Source of the DNA: Enterobacter phage Arya
Length of the DNA: 41,918 nt
Sequence record: KX231828.1
Reading direction: 5' to 3' (one strand)
Below, piece after piece: positions 34,265-41,835 of the stretch. Every line of letters begins with the position of its first letter. Positions within the stretch are counted from its first letter, which is position 1. The position numbers were made by a program, and so were the translations under genes. The notes under the pieces are model-generated. The model saw nothing but the letters and a program-made list of their open reading frames with translations. It was not told the origin of the DNA and did no database searches.

Positions 34265-34482
34265 ACCCCGTAGACTTCATCAAAAAGTCAGTCATTACCG
34301 AACTGGTGAAGCAAGGCGCATCACCTGGAACCGCGCAGGCAGCCGCAGACCACGCAGCAGATCACTACAGAATCAGTTCATGCGGTGGCCGTGACGCGTT
34401 CGCAGAACTGATTTACCGCGCTGGCCAGTTCGCCATGAAGCGGCAGCCCGATTTCCGTTATGTGCAGCCTAAGCCGCGTTAA
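34261..34482 (+). CDS. hypothetical protein
   Basis: A 73-aa ORF that is last in the coupled chain. A terminator follows. Confidence 0.4.
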   Translation: MNPVDFIKKSVITELVKQGASPGTAQAAADHAADHYRISSCGGRDAFAELIYRAGQFAMKRQPDFRYVQPKPR

Positions 34483-34506
34483 GTAAAATTATCTCAGATT
34501 AGCTTT

Positions 34507-34545
34507 AAATTCTTAAATGGTCCTGCTATAGTAGGACCATTGTTT
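34507..34545 (+). terminator. rho-independent terminator / near-perfect 13-bp inverted repeat
   Basis: AATGGTCCTGCTA-TAGTAGGACCATT followed by GTTTATTTC. Confidence 0.6.
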
Positions 34546-34572
34546 ATTTCATTACTGATGGCGACGACATTT

Positions 34573-34767
34573 ATGAATAAGAATACGGAAAAACTAATTG
34601 CTCTGATGAACGCGCACCAGCTTACCTGCCGTGATGTTGGTAATATGTTGGGCCGCACTGTTTCAACCGTTCGCGTATGGCGCTGCGCCAACCCCGAAAG
34701 CCCGACCATCCCGAATGGACAGCTTGAATTGCTGGAACTGAAACTGGCGCAGCAGGCAGCACAGTGA
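34573..34767 (+). CDS. small HTH DNA-binding protein (putative replication-module regulator)
   Basis: MNKNTEKLIALMNAHQLTCRDVGNMLGRTVSTVRVWRCAN has an HTH pattern. It is the first gene after the terminator and upstream of the primase. Confidence 0.5.
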   Translation: MNKNTEKLIALMNAHQLTCRDVGNMLGRTVSTVRVWRCANPESPTIPNGQLELLELKLAQQAAQ

Positions 34768-34994
34768 ACGTCTGCACCTGGCAGCCAGCTACCTTGACCC
34801 TGCACGATGGGCGCGAAGTGTTGAGCGATAGCCGGGATTGGTTGCTGGAATGTGAAGCCAACTACGTGCTGAAACAGCCAACCATTGAAGAACGGCGCAA
34901 CCTGCTGGCAGCGATAGAAAAACGGCGCGGTAAAACAGCCCGCGAAGAATTAGAACAACGCGCATTGACTATCTGGCGCGCTAAACGCTCTTAA
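34764..34994 (+). CDS. hypothetical protein
   Basis: A 76-aa ORF with a GTG start overlapping the upstream stop, directly preceding the primase gene. Confidence 0.35.
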   Translation: MNVCTWQPATLTLHDGREVLSDSRDWLLECEANYVLKQPTIEERRNLLAAIEKRRGKTAREELEQRALTIWRAKRS

Positions 34995-35004
34995 TCGGGG
35001 TTCT

Positions 35005-37305
35005 ATGAGTGCACAGCCAAATTACAAGGATTTGACCGAACAGGAAATTGCAGAGGCGCTTTCGTATATCGACGCCAGTTGCGACCGGGAAACCTGGGTA
35101 CGCATGGCAATGGCGGTCAAATCAGAATTGGGTGACGGTGGTTTCACCGTCTGGAATGACTGGTCAAAACAGTCTGGCAAATACGATACCAAATCAGCAC
35201 GCTACACCTGGCGCAGCGTTAAGCGTCACGGCGGCATTGCCATTGGCACGCTGATTGGTGAGGCGAAACTGTTTGGCTTTTCCCTGAACGATGCGGAACG
35301 CACCCCGCTGTCAGGTGAAGAAATCGCCGCACGTAAGCAGCGCCGCGAAGCAGAGGAGCGCGCCGAAGCCGAACGCCTGGCCGCATACCGTGCGAAGGCA
35401 GCCGAACAGGCACGCACCATTTGGGAATCTGCCGCTGACATCGAGGGCAGCGAACACCCGTACCTGTCACGCAAAGGCGTGAACGCGTTCGGGCTGCGTG
35501 TTGGCCGGTTCTGGACCGATAAGCGCAGCATTGATGGCGCACTGCTGATTCCTGTTCGTAACATTGACGGGCAGATCACCAGCGTTCAGGCCATCTTCCC
35601 GAACGAAAACCCGCAGTTGGGCCGTGACCGTGACTACCTGCCAGGCGGCCAGAAGCGTGGATGCTTCCACGTCATCGGCAACAAGCCAACCGGGCAGAAA
35701 CCCGTCATTGTGGTCTGTGAGGGCTACGCCACTGGTGCATCCATTCACCAGGCTACCGGGTTCTGTGTGGCCGTGGCATTCGATGACGGCAACCTGCCTA
35801 CTGTGGCCAGACTTCTGCGCCAGCAGTTCGGCAGCGCCACAATTGTTGTGGCTGCGGATAATGACCAGTGGACCGAAGGCAACCCCGGCGTTCACTTCGC
35901 GCGCCAGGCAGCTACAGCAGCCTGTGCAATCCTGGTGGTGCCAAAATTCGACGTAATGAGCGACCAGCCAACCGACTTCAATGACCTGCAAAAACTGCAA
36001 GGCATCGAAGAGGTAAGGCACCAAATCCAGGCGGTCATCCCTGAACCGGCAAATGATAATTTCCTGGATCTGGATTCCAACGTATCGCCGTTCGAATTCC
36101 CGCACCTGTCAGACAAGATGCAGCCGCTGAACACCTGGGAAAACCTGGATTGGATGTTGAGCCAGTACGGCATCACATCGCGTTACAACGAGATCAGCAA
36201 AGACGTGGTTGTTTCCATACCTGGGAAGGACTACGGCAACGACGCATCAGCCAACTGTTCCCTGGCGGAAATATCCAGCCTGTGCGCGCGTAACCGTATG
36301 CCAAAAGGTGACGTGGGCGATTACATCAAACTGATTGGCGTGGCCAACCGCTTCAACCCTGCGGCTGATTTCATCACGTCAAAGCCGTGGGATGGCACCA
36401 GCCGCATTTATGACCTGTGTGACACGCTGGAAACCGCGCCTGGGTTTGACCGCAGCCTGGTGTTGATGCTGGTTCGCCGCTGGCTGATTTCCGCCGTAGC
36501 CGCAGCCATGCAGCCAACCGGGTTCTGGTCCAAAGGCGTCCTGGTGCTACAGGGTGAACAATCCCTGGGTAAAACCGCATGGTTCCGCGCGCTGGTTCCT
36601 GACCTACACAGAAATCTGGTTAAAATCGGCGCAACTATCGATCCAAGTAATAAGGACAGCATCAGCAGTGCAATCGGTCACTGGATGGTTGAATTAGGCG
36701 AACTGGATGCGACGTTCCGCAAAGCCGACATTGCGCGCCTTAAGTCATTCATCAGCCAGGACCGTGATGACCTGCGCAGACCATATGACCGCCTGGAATC
36801 GAAGTACCAGCGCCGCACCGTGTTTTTTGCGTCAGTGAACCCGAAACACTTTCTGGCCGATGACACCGGGAACGTGCGCTGGTGGACCATCCCTGTAACA
36901 AGCGTGAACTATGAACACGACATTGACACACAACAATTGTGGGCCGAAGTGGCGCAACTGTTCCGTGACGGTGAACGCTGGTGGTTAGAACCACACGAAG
37001 AACAGGCGCTGGAACAGGTCAACCGTGACCACGAAGCGATTGACCCGGTAGAGGAAATGATCCTGTCACGTTATGAATGGGGTTGTGACCGCATTGGCGC
37101 TTACAGTGAGCAGACGGCCAGCCAGGTGCTGCAAACCATCGGGTTTGATAAGCCGAACAAATCACAGGCCACGAATTGCAGCAACGTGCTGCGTAAGCTG
37201 ACCGGCGAAGAACCGCGCAAGACCAAAAACGGGCGTTTCTTCAACCTGCCGCCGAAGGTGTTACAGCCTGATTACAGGCGGCCACAGGATGACGAGCCAT
37301 TTTAA
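35005..37305 (+). CDS. bifunctional primase-helicase, P4 alpha / D5-like (PriCT_2 N-terminus, TOPRIM, SF3 helicase)
   Basis: The N-terminus WNDWSKQSGKYDTKSARYTWRSV has a PriCT_2-like pattern. TOPRIM is PVIVVCEGYATGASIHQATG...VVAADNDQ. The SF3 helicase Walker A is VLVLQGEQSLGKTAWF. The C-terminal about 100 aa is a putative DNA-binding domain. Confidence 0.85.
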   Translation: MSAQPNYKDLTEQEIAEALSYIDASCDRETWVRMAMAVKSELGDGGFTVWNDWSKQSGKYDTKSARYTWRSVKRHGGIAIGTLIGEAKLFGFSLNDAERTPLSGEEIAARKQRREAEERAEAERLAAYRAKAAEQARTIWESAADIEGSEHPYLSRKGVNAFGLRVGRFWTDKRSIDGALLIPVRNIDGQITSVQAIFPNENPQLGRDRDYLPGGQKRGCFHVIGNKPTGQKPVIVVCEGYATGASIHQATGFCVAVAFDDGNLPTVARLLRQQFGSATIVVAADNDQWTEGNPGVHFARQAATAACAILVVPKFDVMSDQPTDFNDLQKLQGIEEVRHQIQAVIPEPANDNFLDLDSNVSPFEFPHLSDKMQPLNTWENLDWMLSQYGITSRYNEISKDVVVSIPGKDYGNDASANCSLAEISSLCARNRMPKGDVGDYIKLIGVANRFNPAADFITSKPWDGTSRIYDLCDTLETAPGFDRSLVLMLVRRWLISAVAAAMQPTGFWSKGVLVLQGEQSLGKTAWFRALVPDLHRNLVKIGATIDPSNKDSISSAIGHWMVELGELDATFRKADIARLKSFISQDRDDLRRPYDRLESKYQRRTVFFASVNPKHFLADDTGNVRWWTIPVTSVNYEHDIDTQQLWAEVAQLFRDGERWWLEPHEEQALEQVNRDHEAIDPVEEMILSRYEWGCDRIGAYSEQTASQVLQTIGFDKPNKSQATNCSNVLRKLTGEEPRKTKNGRFFNLPPKVLQPDYRRPQDDEPF

Positions 37306-37308
37306 TCA

Positions 37309-37336
37309 ATAACCCGCTTCGGCGGGTTTTTCGTTT
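37309..37336 (+). terminator. rho-independent terminator
   Basis: AACCCGCTTCGGCGGGTTTTTCGTTTATT, immediately after the primase stop. Confidence 0.75.
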
Positions 37337-37577
37337 ATTGATAGGTATAAACGATTAGCCCATTTAAGAAGTTAAACGTATAGTTATTACATAGGGCGGC
37401 GGCAGGATGCAGCCGGAGAGGAGCAACGCAGGGGCTTGATCGTAGTGTCAGGATTCCCAACCGTGAGGCCGAACATTGGACACTCGCCGAAAGGCAGAAC
37501 GCTTACCAATGACATCGAACCGAGGCTACCGACGAAGCACGACGCCCACAATTAACAGCATCATGAGGGGCAGCGCG

Positions 37578-37793
37578 ATGGCGGCAGAAACCAGCAAAGC
37601 AATCAGCGTAAAGACAAACAGCAGAGGCATCAAATATTGCCTGGTCAGCAACAGTCAGGGATTTGAAGTCTGGAAGCTGTGCGAAAACTATTGCCGTCAG
37701 ACCAAAGGCGGAATTCGTAAAACGTGGCGCTATGTCGAAAAAGGCATGACGCAGGAAGCGGCTGAAAAACTGTTTAAACGCCGCACGAAATAA
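37578..37793 (+). CDS. small basic hypothetical protein (71 aa)
   Basis: MAAETSKAISVKTNSRGIKYCLVSNSQGFEVWKLCENYCRQTKGGIRKTWRYVEKGMTQEAAEKLFKRRTK. GAGGGG lies 7 nt upstream of the ATG at 37578. The track ORF starts at 37476. Confidence 0.45.
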   Translation: MAAETSKAISVKTNSRGIKYCLVSNSQGFEVWKLCENYCRQTKGGIRKTWRYVEKGMTQEAAEKLFKRRTK

Positions 37794-37842
37794 CCAACCC
37801 TGCCCCACTTCGCGTGGGGCCAATAAAAACGAGGTAACACCC

Positions 37843-38211
37843 ATGTTAGTGAAAGAGACAAACGGAAAAATCAATTTCATCGACCGCAATGATTGTTTCG
37901 TTGGGTTCGATTATGCACAGGACTGCTGTGAATCGTTCGGCTGGTACTTGAACACCATCTGGTCAACCGAAGCATCACCGCTTTTCACCAGCGAAAACTT
38001 TGCAGACGAGAAAGCACTGGATGGGTTCTGGTTCGACACTGCAACAGATCCGGTTAGTGTTGACGATGACGCCAACGACGAGGGCGGAACGGTAGCATTC
38101 CGCTGCGTGAACTCCGCTGGCGATGTTCTATGGCTGCACCTGTACAACGCACATAACGGCTACTACTCGCACGGCTGGGAAACATCCTGGGGCCAGGCTG
38201 GCAGCCTGTGA
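37843..38211 (+). CDS. hypothetical protein (moron 3, conserved hairpin+leader upstream)
   Basis: A 122-aa ORF preceded by the hairpin CCCCAC-TTCG-CGTGGGG and the leader CCAATAAAAACGAGGTAACACCCATG. Confidence 0.55.
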   Translation: MLVKETNGKINFIDRNDCFVGFDYAQDCCESFGWYLNTIWSTEASPLFTSENFADEKALDGFWFDTATDPVSVDDDANDEGGTVAFRCVNSAGDVLWLHLYNAHNGYYSHGWETSWGQAGSL

Positions 38212-38285
38212 ACAACATCATTTTCATCTACGCCATCAGCGCACTGCTGGTGGCACATGCACTGATTGAATTGGGGGTTTTATGA
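38208..38285 (+). CDS. tiny hydrophobic peptide (25 aa, GTG start)
   Basis: VNNIIFIYAISALLVAHALIELGVL, overlapping the stop and start of its neighbours (GTGA and ATGA). Speculative. Confidence 0.2.
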   Translation: MNNIIFIYAISALLVAHALIELGVL

Positions 38286-39040
38286 AAGAACAACTGTACC
38301 GCCTGGCCAGACATATTGCCGCTGCAAAAGGCGGTCTGCCAGCAGAATGGCAGGATTGGGCGGAAGAAATTGAATCCGACCTGCGCCGGTTATCATCGCA
38401 GTCAGAGCCGGTGGCCAGTTTTGAAGAAGCCGTGGAACTGTTCAAAACAATGAACATTGGTTTTCCTGTTGAGCGCACGAAAGCTGACTATGTGATTGGC
38501 TGGTGCCTGGCCAACATGTTCCAGCCAGGTCAGGAACGCCGCCAGGTGCGCGCTGACCACGCTGAATGGTCACAGGAAGCGTTTGGCGACGTTGGCCCTG
38601 TTGGACCACTGAAACACCTGTCAATAGAAGCGCTGGAAGCCGCAGCAGCGCCAGGCGACCTTTCTGAATGGGCTGACATGCAATTCCTGCTGTGGGATGC
38701 GCAGCGCCGTGCTGGCATCACTGACGAGCAAATTACGCAGGCCATGATTGATAAGCTGGCAGTGAACAAAGCGCGCACCTGGCAGGAACCTAAAGACGGA
38801 GAACCGCGCCTGCACATCCAGCCGGATAATGACAACACCGCGCAGCAGTTTGAAGCGCTGGCCACCAGCAATGCCCATGATTGCTTATGGTCATATGACA
38901 GCCATCAAGGAACATGGCATGGCAAGTGCGGCGTTTATTGGGTGTTCATGGACGATGGCCCGGATGAAAACGGGATGAAGTTCTGCCCTGGGTGCGGCAA
39001 GCCGGTTTCTACCACCAGCGCGGGGAGCGGCAAGCAATGA
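38282..39040 (+). CDS. DUF550-type dATP/dGTP pyrophosphohydrolase (MazG-like) domain protein with N-terminal extension and C-terminal zinc ribbon
   Basis: ADHAEWSQEAFGDVGPVGPLKHLSIEALEAAAAPGDLSEWADMQFLLWDAQRRAGITDEQITQAMIDKLAVNKARTWQEPKDGEPRLHI matches the phage DUF550 signature. The C-terminus is HGKCGVYWVF...CPGCGKP. Confidence 0.7.
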   Translation: MKEQLYRLARHIAAAKGGLPAEWQDWAEEIESDLRRLSSQSEPVASFEEAVELFKTMNIGFPVERTKADYVIGWCLANMFQPGQERRQVRADHAEWSQEAFGDVGPVGPLKHLSIEALEAAAAPGDLSEWADMQFLLWDAQRRAGITDEQITQAMIDKLAVNKARTWQEPKDGEPRLHIQPDNDNTAQQFEALATSNAHDCLWSYDSHQGTWHGKCGVYWVFMDDGPDENGMKFCPGCGKPVSTTSAGSGKQ

Positions 39041-39369
39041 GCCTGGCCGGTGACATCCTGCGGCGGCTCAACCTGCCGGTGACCATTCAGGAATCACCGG
39101 CACCACAGCCACAACCGCAGCCGAAACCAGAACCGACACTGCTGGATAAGAAGCACATCAAATGGAACTGTGCACAGCGCGAGTTTTACGGGGTGACGTT
39201 CAGTAAGCGTAAACAGAAGTGGCAGGCGCGCATAACAACCCCAAAAGGTAAAATCGTGCTGGGTTATTTCAGAAAACGACAACGCGCCGCAATAGCTGTG
39301 CAATTATATTTGTTGTGGTTCAGACGTGGATTTATTGATATTCCAACAGGAAAATACTTGACAGAATAA
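39037..39369 (+). CDS. AP2-domain DNA-binding protein with Pro/Gln-rich linker
   Basis: YGVTFSKRKQKWQARITTPKGKIVLGYFRKRQRAAIAVQLY fits the AP2 (YRGV..RK.GKW.A.I...GK...LG.F...EEAA.AY) pattern. The ATGA start overlaps the upstream stop. A terminator follows. Confidence 0.55.
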   Translation: MSLAGDILRRLNLPVTIQESPAPQPQPQPKPEPTLLDKKHIKWNCAQREFYGVTFSKRKQKWQARITTPKGKIVLGYFRKRQRAAIAVQLYLLWFRRGFIDIPTGKYLTE

Positions 39370-39371
39370 CC

Positions 39372-39399
39372 AAAAGCCGCCTTCGGGCGGTTTTTTATT
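39372..39399 (+). terminator. rho-independent terminator
   Basis: AAAAGCCGCCTTCGGGCGGTTTTTTATT. Confidence 0.75.
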
Positions 39400-39403
39400 G
39401 CCC

Positions 39404-39700
39404 GGTGACCAACTTTCTTGTCACCTGGTCACCACTTAGTCACCTACTTGGTCACCACTTAAGTTGCTGATATCTCTATATAATACCTTATAGGTGACTA
39501 AGGGTGACAAGATATATATAAAATAGGATAACCGTATATTGTATAGAGAATAGCCAATAGGTCGTATAACTTTAGAAAATCGCTGTCACTTGGTCACCTT
39601 TCGCATAAAAAACGCCTGTTTTTCTTTATTAATCAATGCGTTCAAGTGGTGACTAACTATTTTCGAGCTTGTCACCCGTTAGTCACCTGTTGTGGTCACC
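39404..39700. repeat. array of 13 GGTSACC/GTCACC iteron-like repeats in direct and inverted orientation, interspersed with AT-rich DNA (putative origin or activator-binding array)
   Basis: Copies start at 39404, 39420, 39427, 39439, 39450, 39493 (inverted), 39503 (inverted), 39585, 39592, 39648 (inverted), 39671, 39682 and 39694. Direct copies are spaced 8-13 bp apart, about one helical turn. The AT-rich segments are 39461-39492 and 39509-39584. Confidence 0.7.
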
Positions 39701-39760
39701 GTTTAAGTTTTGCGCTACAATCACAGCCATTGACTTTTATTTATAATTACCTGGGATTAT

Positions 39761-40210
39761 ATGGACCTTCCGCGCAGTGTTCAGGATATAGCTGACGTTA
39801 TTGGGCGTGAACGTGCGCTTTATCTTATCGGCCAGTTGCCAACCTACACCGTCAAAGATACCCGCTGGCCATCTGCTACCCGAACCAAAATCATTCTGTA
39901 TGTGCCAAAGACCTTAAAGCCCACTGATGACCTGGTGCGCATCATTGGCTGGAATGACGCATCAAAACTGGTTCACTATTTCGGCGGTGAATTGCTCTAC
40001 CCTGGAACGTGCGCGGAACTGCACCGGCGCTTCATGGTCCAAACCATCAGACGCCTGGCAGCCGAAGGAATGAGCCATAAAGCCATCGCCTTCAATCTGG
40101 ATGTGTCAGAACGCACCGTGAAGCGTCATTGCTCGGACAACACCCCCAAAGACATTAGCGCGGCTAACGATAACCATCGGCAGCGACTTATCACAGCTAT
40201 GGGGCATTAA
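39761..40210 (+). CDS. putative late-gene transcriptional activator, Mor/C-family-like (C-terminal HTH)
   Basis: YFGGELLYPGTCAELHRRFMVQTIRRLAAEGMSHKAIAFNLDVSERTVKRHCS resembles Mu Mor (GGQVYIPRGQALDSLIRDLRIW...ELTTRYGVTFNTVYKAIRR). It sits directly upstream of the lysis cassette. A TTGACT-17-GATTAT promoter-like sequence is at 39731-39759. Confidence 0.4.
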   Translation: MDLPRSVQDIADVIGRERALYLIGQLPTYTVKDTRWPSATRTKIILYVPKTLKPTDDLVRIIGWNDASKLVHYFGGELLYPGTCAELHRRFMVQTIRRLAAEGMSHKAIAFNLDVSERTVKRHCSDNTPKDISAANDNHRQRLITAMGH

Positions 40211-40215
40211 GTGGA

Positions 40216-40539
40216 ATGAACATTTTTGAGAAATTTCTGGATAACATTGGGTGGGCAATAGCTGGCATGATGGGTGCGCTGGTTGCTGTTCCTTTTCACG
40301 ACAACAAGAGCATTAAGGGCCGCCTGTGGTTCGTGTGCAGCGGCATGATCTGTTCGTACTTTATGACCGGTTGGGCATCGTGGTTCTACAGCATTCCGCC
40401 TGAGTACACTGGCGCAATTGGCTTTATCCTCGGTGCCATTGGTGGTTCGCTGGTGGCGGCAGTCATCAAGAAGATTCAGAATGCCAACATTGCGAGCTTG
40501 ATTGAAGCTATCAAAAGCAAATTCGGTGGTAACGCATGA
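40216..40539 (+). CDS. holin-like membrane protein
   Basis: A 107-aa ORF with 2-3 predicted TM helices and a charged C-terminus. It lies immediately upstream of the lysozyme gene. Confidence 0.6.
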   Translation: MNIFEKFLDNIGWAIAGMMGALVAVPFHDNKSIKGRLWFVCSGMICSYFMTGWASWFYSIPPEYTGAIGFILGAIGGSLVAAVIKKIQNANIASLIEAIKSKFGGNA

Positions 40540-40817
40540 CAACTTTTGCCATTAACTTCATCGCCGTCTGTTTCATCTTCATCTGGGCATCATGGTGCGT
40601 GATGTACAGCGGAGTGAAAGACGGCATTGTTGGAAAACTGTTCTTTTCGCTGGTGGCCATATCTGCGCTGGCAATCATCATTCACACCCTCACCGGCCAT
40701 TACGCAAAGCGGCCATTCATCACCATGAACGTCAGCATTGCGCTGGTTGGTGCACGTCACGTTTTCTTATCCTGGCTTAAGCGTTTTAAAGCCGCACAAC
40801 AGAGACACCATTCATGA
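40536..40817 (+). CDS. second small membrane protein (holin/antiholin-like)
   Basis: A 93-aa ORF with two hydrophobic helices, ATGA-coupled between the holin and lysozyme genes. Confidence 0.5.
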   Translation: MTTFAINFIAVCFIFIWASWCVMYSGVKDGIVGKLFFSLVAISALAIIIHTLTGHYAKRPFITMNVSIALVGARHVFLSWLKRFKAAQQRHHS

Positions 40818-41305
40818 AAACTTCACCCAACGGCATTGCCGTGACTAAATATTTTGAATCGTTTGAGGCGCGGGCATATCCAGATCCTGCCACTGGCGGC
40901 AAACCCTACACCATCGGTTTTGGCACTACGGTTTATCCGTCTGGTGCACCTGTGCGCCTTGGTGATGTCTGCACCAAAGAGCAGGCGGAAAAATATCTGC
41001 AAAATGACCTGGCCAAATTTGAAAAGATCGTGAGTGATGCGGTTCGCGTTCCGCTAAATCAGGGCCAGTTTGATGCGCTGGTTTCGTTCACCTACAACCT
41101 GGGGCCAGCCAACCTGCGCAGCAGTACGCTGTTGAAGAAACTGAACGCCGGTGATTATGCCGGTGCGGCTAAAGAGTTTCCGCGCTGGAACAGGGCCAAC
41201 GGCAAAGTCATGAAGGGCTTAACCCGCCGTCGTGCCGCTGAACAATGTTTGTTCGAAGGCATGGGAGGTGCATCAGCCATTGAACGTGGCGTGGCGGCAG
41301 CATGA
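40814..41305 (+). CDS. endolysin, GH24 lysozyme (T4 E / lambdoid R-like)
   Basis: The catalytic E...D...T pattern is present: YFESFEARAYPDPATGGKPYTIGFGTT. No N-terminal SAR/TM segment is apparent. Confidence 0.9.
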   Translation: MKTSPNGIAVTKYFESFEARAYPDPATGGKPYTIGFGTTVYPSGAPVRLGDVCTKEQAEKYLQNDLAKFEKIVSDAVRVPLNQGQFDALVSFTYNLGPANLRSSTLLKKLNAGDYAGAAKEFPRWNRANGKVMKGLTRRRAAEQCLFEGMGGASAIERGVAAA

Positions 41306-41835
41306 CCGCGCTATTGAAGGCGTACTGGAAGCCACTGGCAGCATTGCTGCTGGTGGCTGGTTCGTTATGGCTGGCGCATCACGCTGGCTATTCGTCTGGA
41401 TATGACAAGGCAGATACAGCCTGGAACGACAAGTGGACCAAACGCGACCTGGCTGACGCAAAGGCAGCACAGGAATTCACCGAACAACAACGCCGCATCG
41501 AGCTACAGCGGCAGGGGGCAATAGATGCCATACAAGAGCAAGCACAGCAGGACATTGCTACAGCGCAGCGTAATGCTGCCATTGCTGCTGCTGAGTCTAA
41601 GCGCCTGCAAGACGGTATCGCAGACGCCATCGCCAGACTACAGGCAGATAGCAGCAATCCCGGCGCTACCATCAGCAGCAAGACAAGGGCCAGCACCAGC
41701 AGCCTGCTTGCCGTCCTGTTCAGAGAGATTGACACAGCAGCGGGAGAGTATGCGGCAGAGGCTGACAGAGCCAGGGCCGCAGGGCTGACGTGTGAACGTG
41801 CATACGACGCAGTGAGAGAGACGCAACAAAAATGA
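41302..41835 (+). CDS. i-spanin (Rz-like)
   Basis: It has an N-terminal TM helix (LAALLLVAGSLWLA), a long coiled-coil periplasmic domain, and an embedded Rz1 ORF. Confidence 0.8.
   Translation: MTALLKAYWKPLAALLLVAGSLWLAHHAGYSSGYDKADTAWNDKWTKRDLADAKAAQEFTEQQRRIELQRQGAIDAIQEQAQQDIATAQRNAAIAAAESKRLQDGIADAIARLQADSSNPGATISSKTRASTSSLLAVLFREIDTAAGEYAAEADRARAAGLTCERAYDAVRETQQK
41573..41788 (+). CDS. o-spanin (Rz1-like lipoprotein) embedded in +1 frame of Rz
   Basis: MLPLLLLSLSAC carries a lipobox (LSAC) followed by a proline-rich mature region (TPSPDYRQIAAIPALPSAARQGPAPAAC). Confidence 0.7.
   Translation: MLPLLLLSLSACKTVSQTPSPDYRQIAAIPALPSAARQGPAPAACLPSCSERLTQQRESMRQRLTEPGPQG

Noticed and set aside
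39404-39700. The repeat array as a CRISPR locus
   Set aside because: The repeat unit is only 6-7 bp with 2-7 bp spacers and mixed orientation. There are no 28-37-bp repeats, no uniform spacers and no cas genes. It is an iteron or binding-site array.
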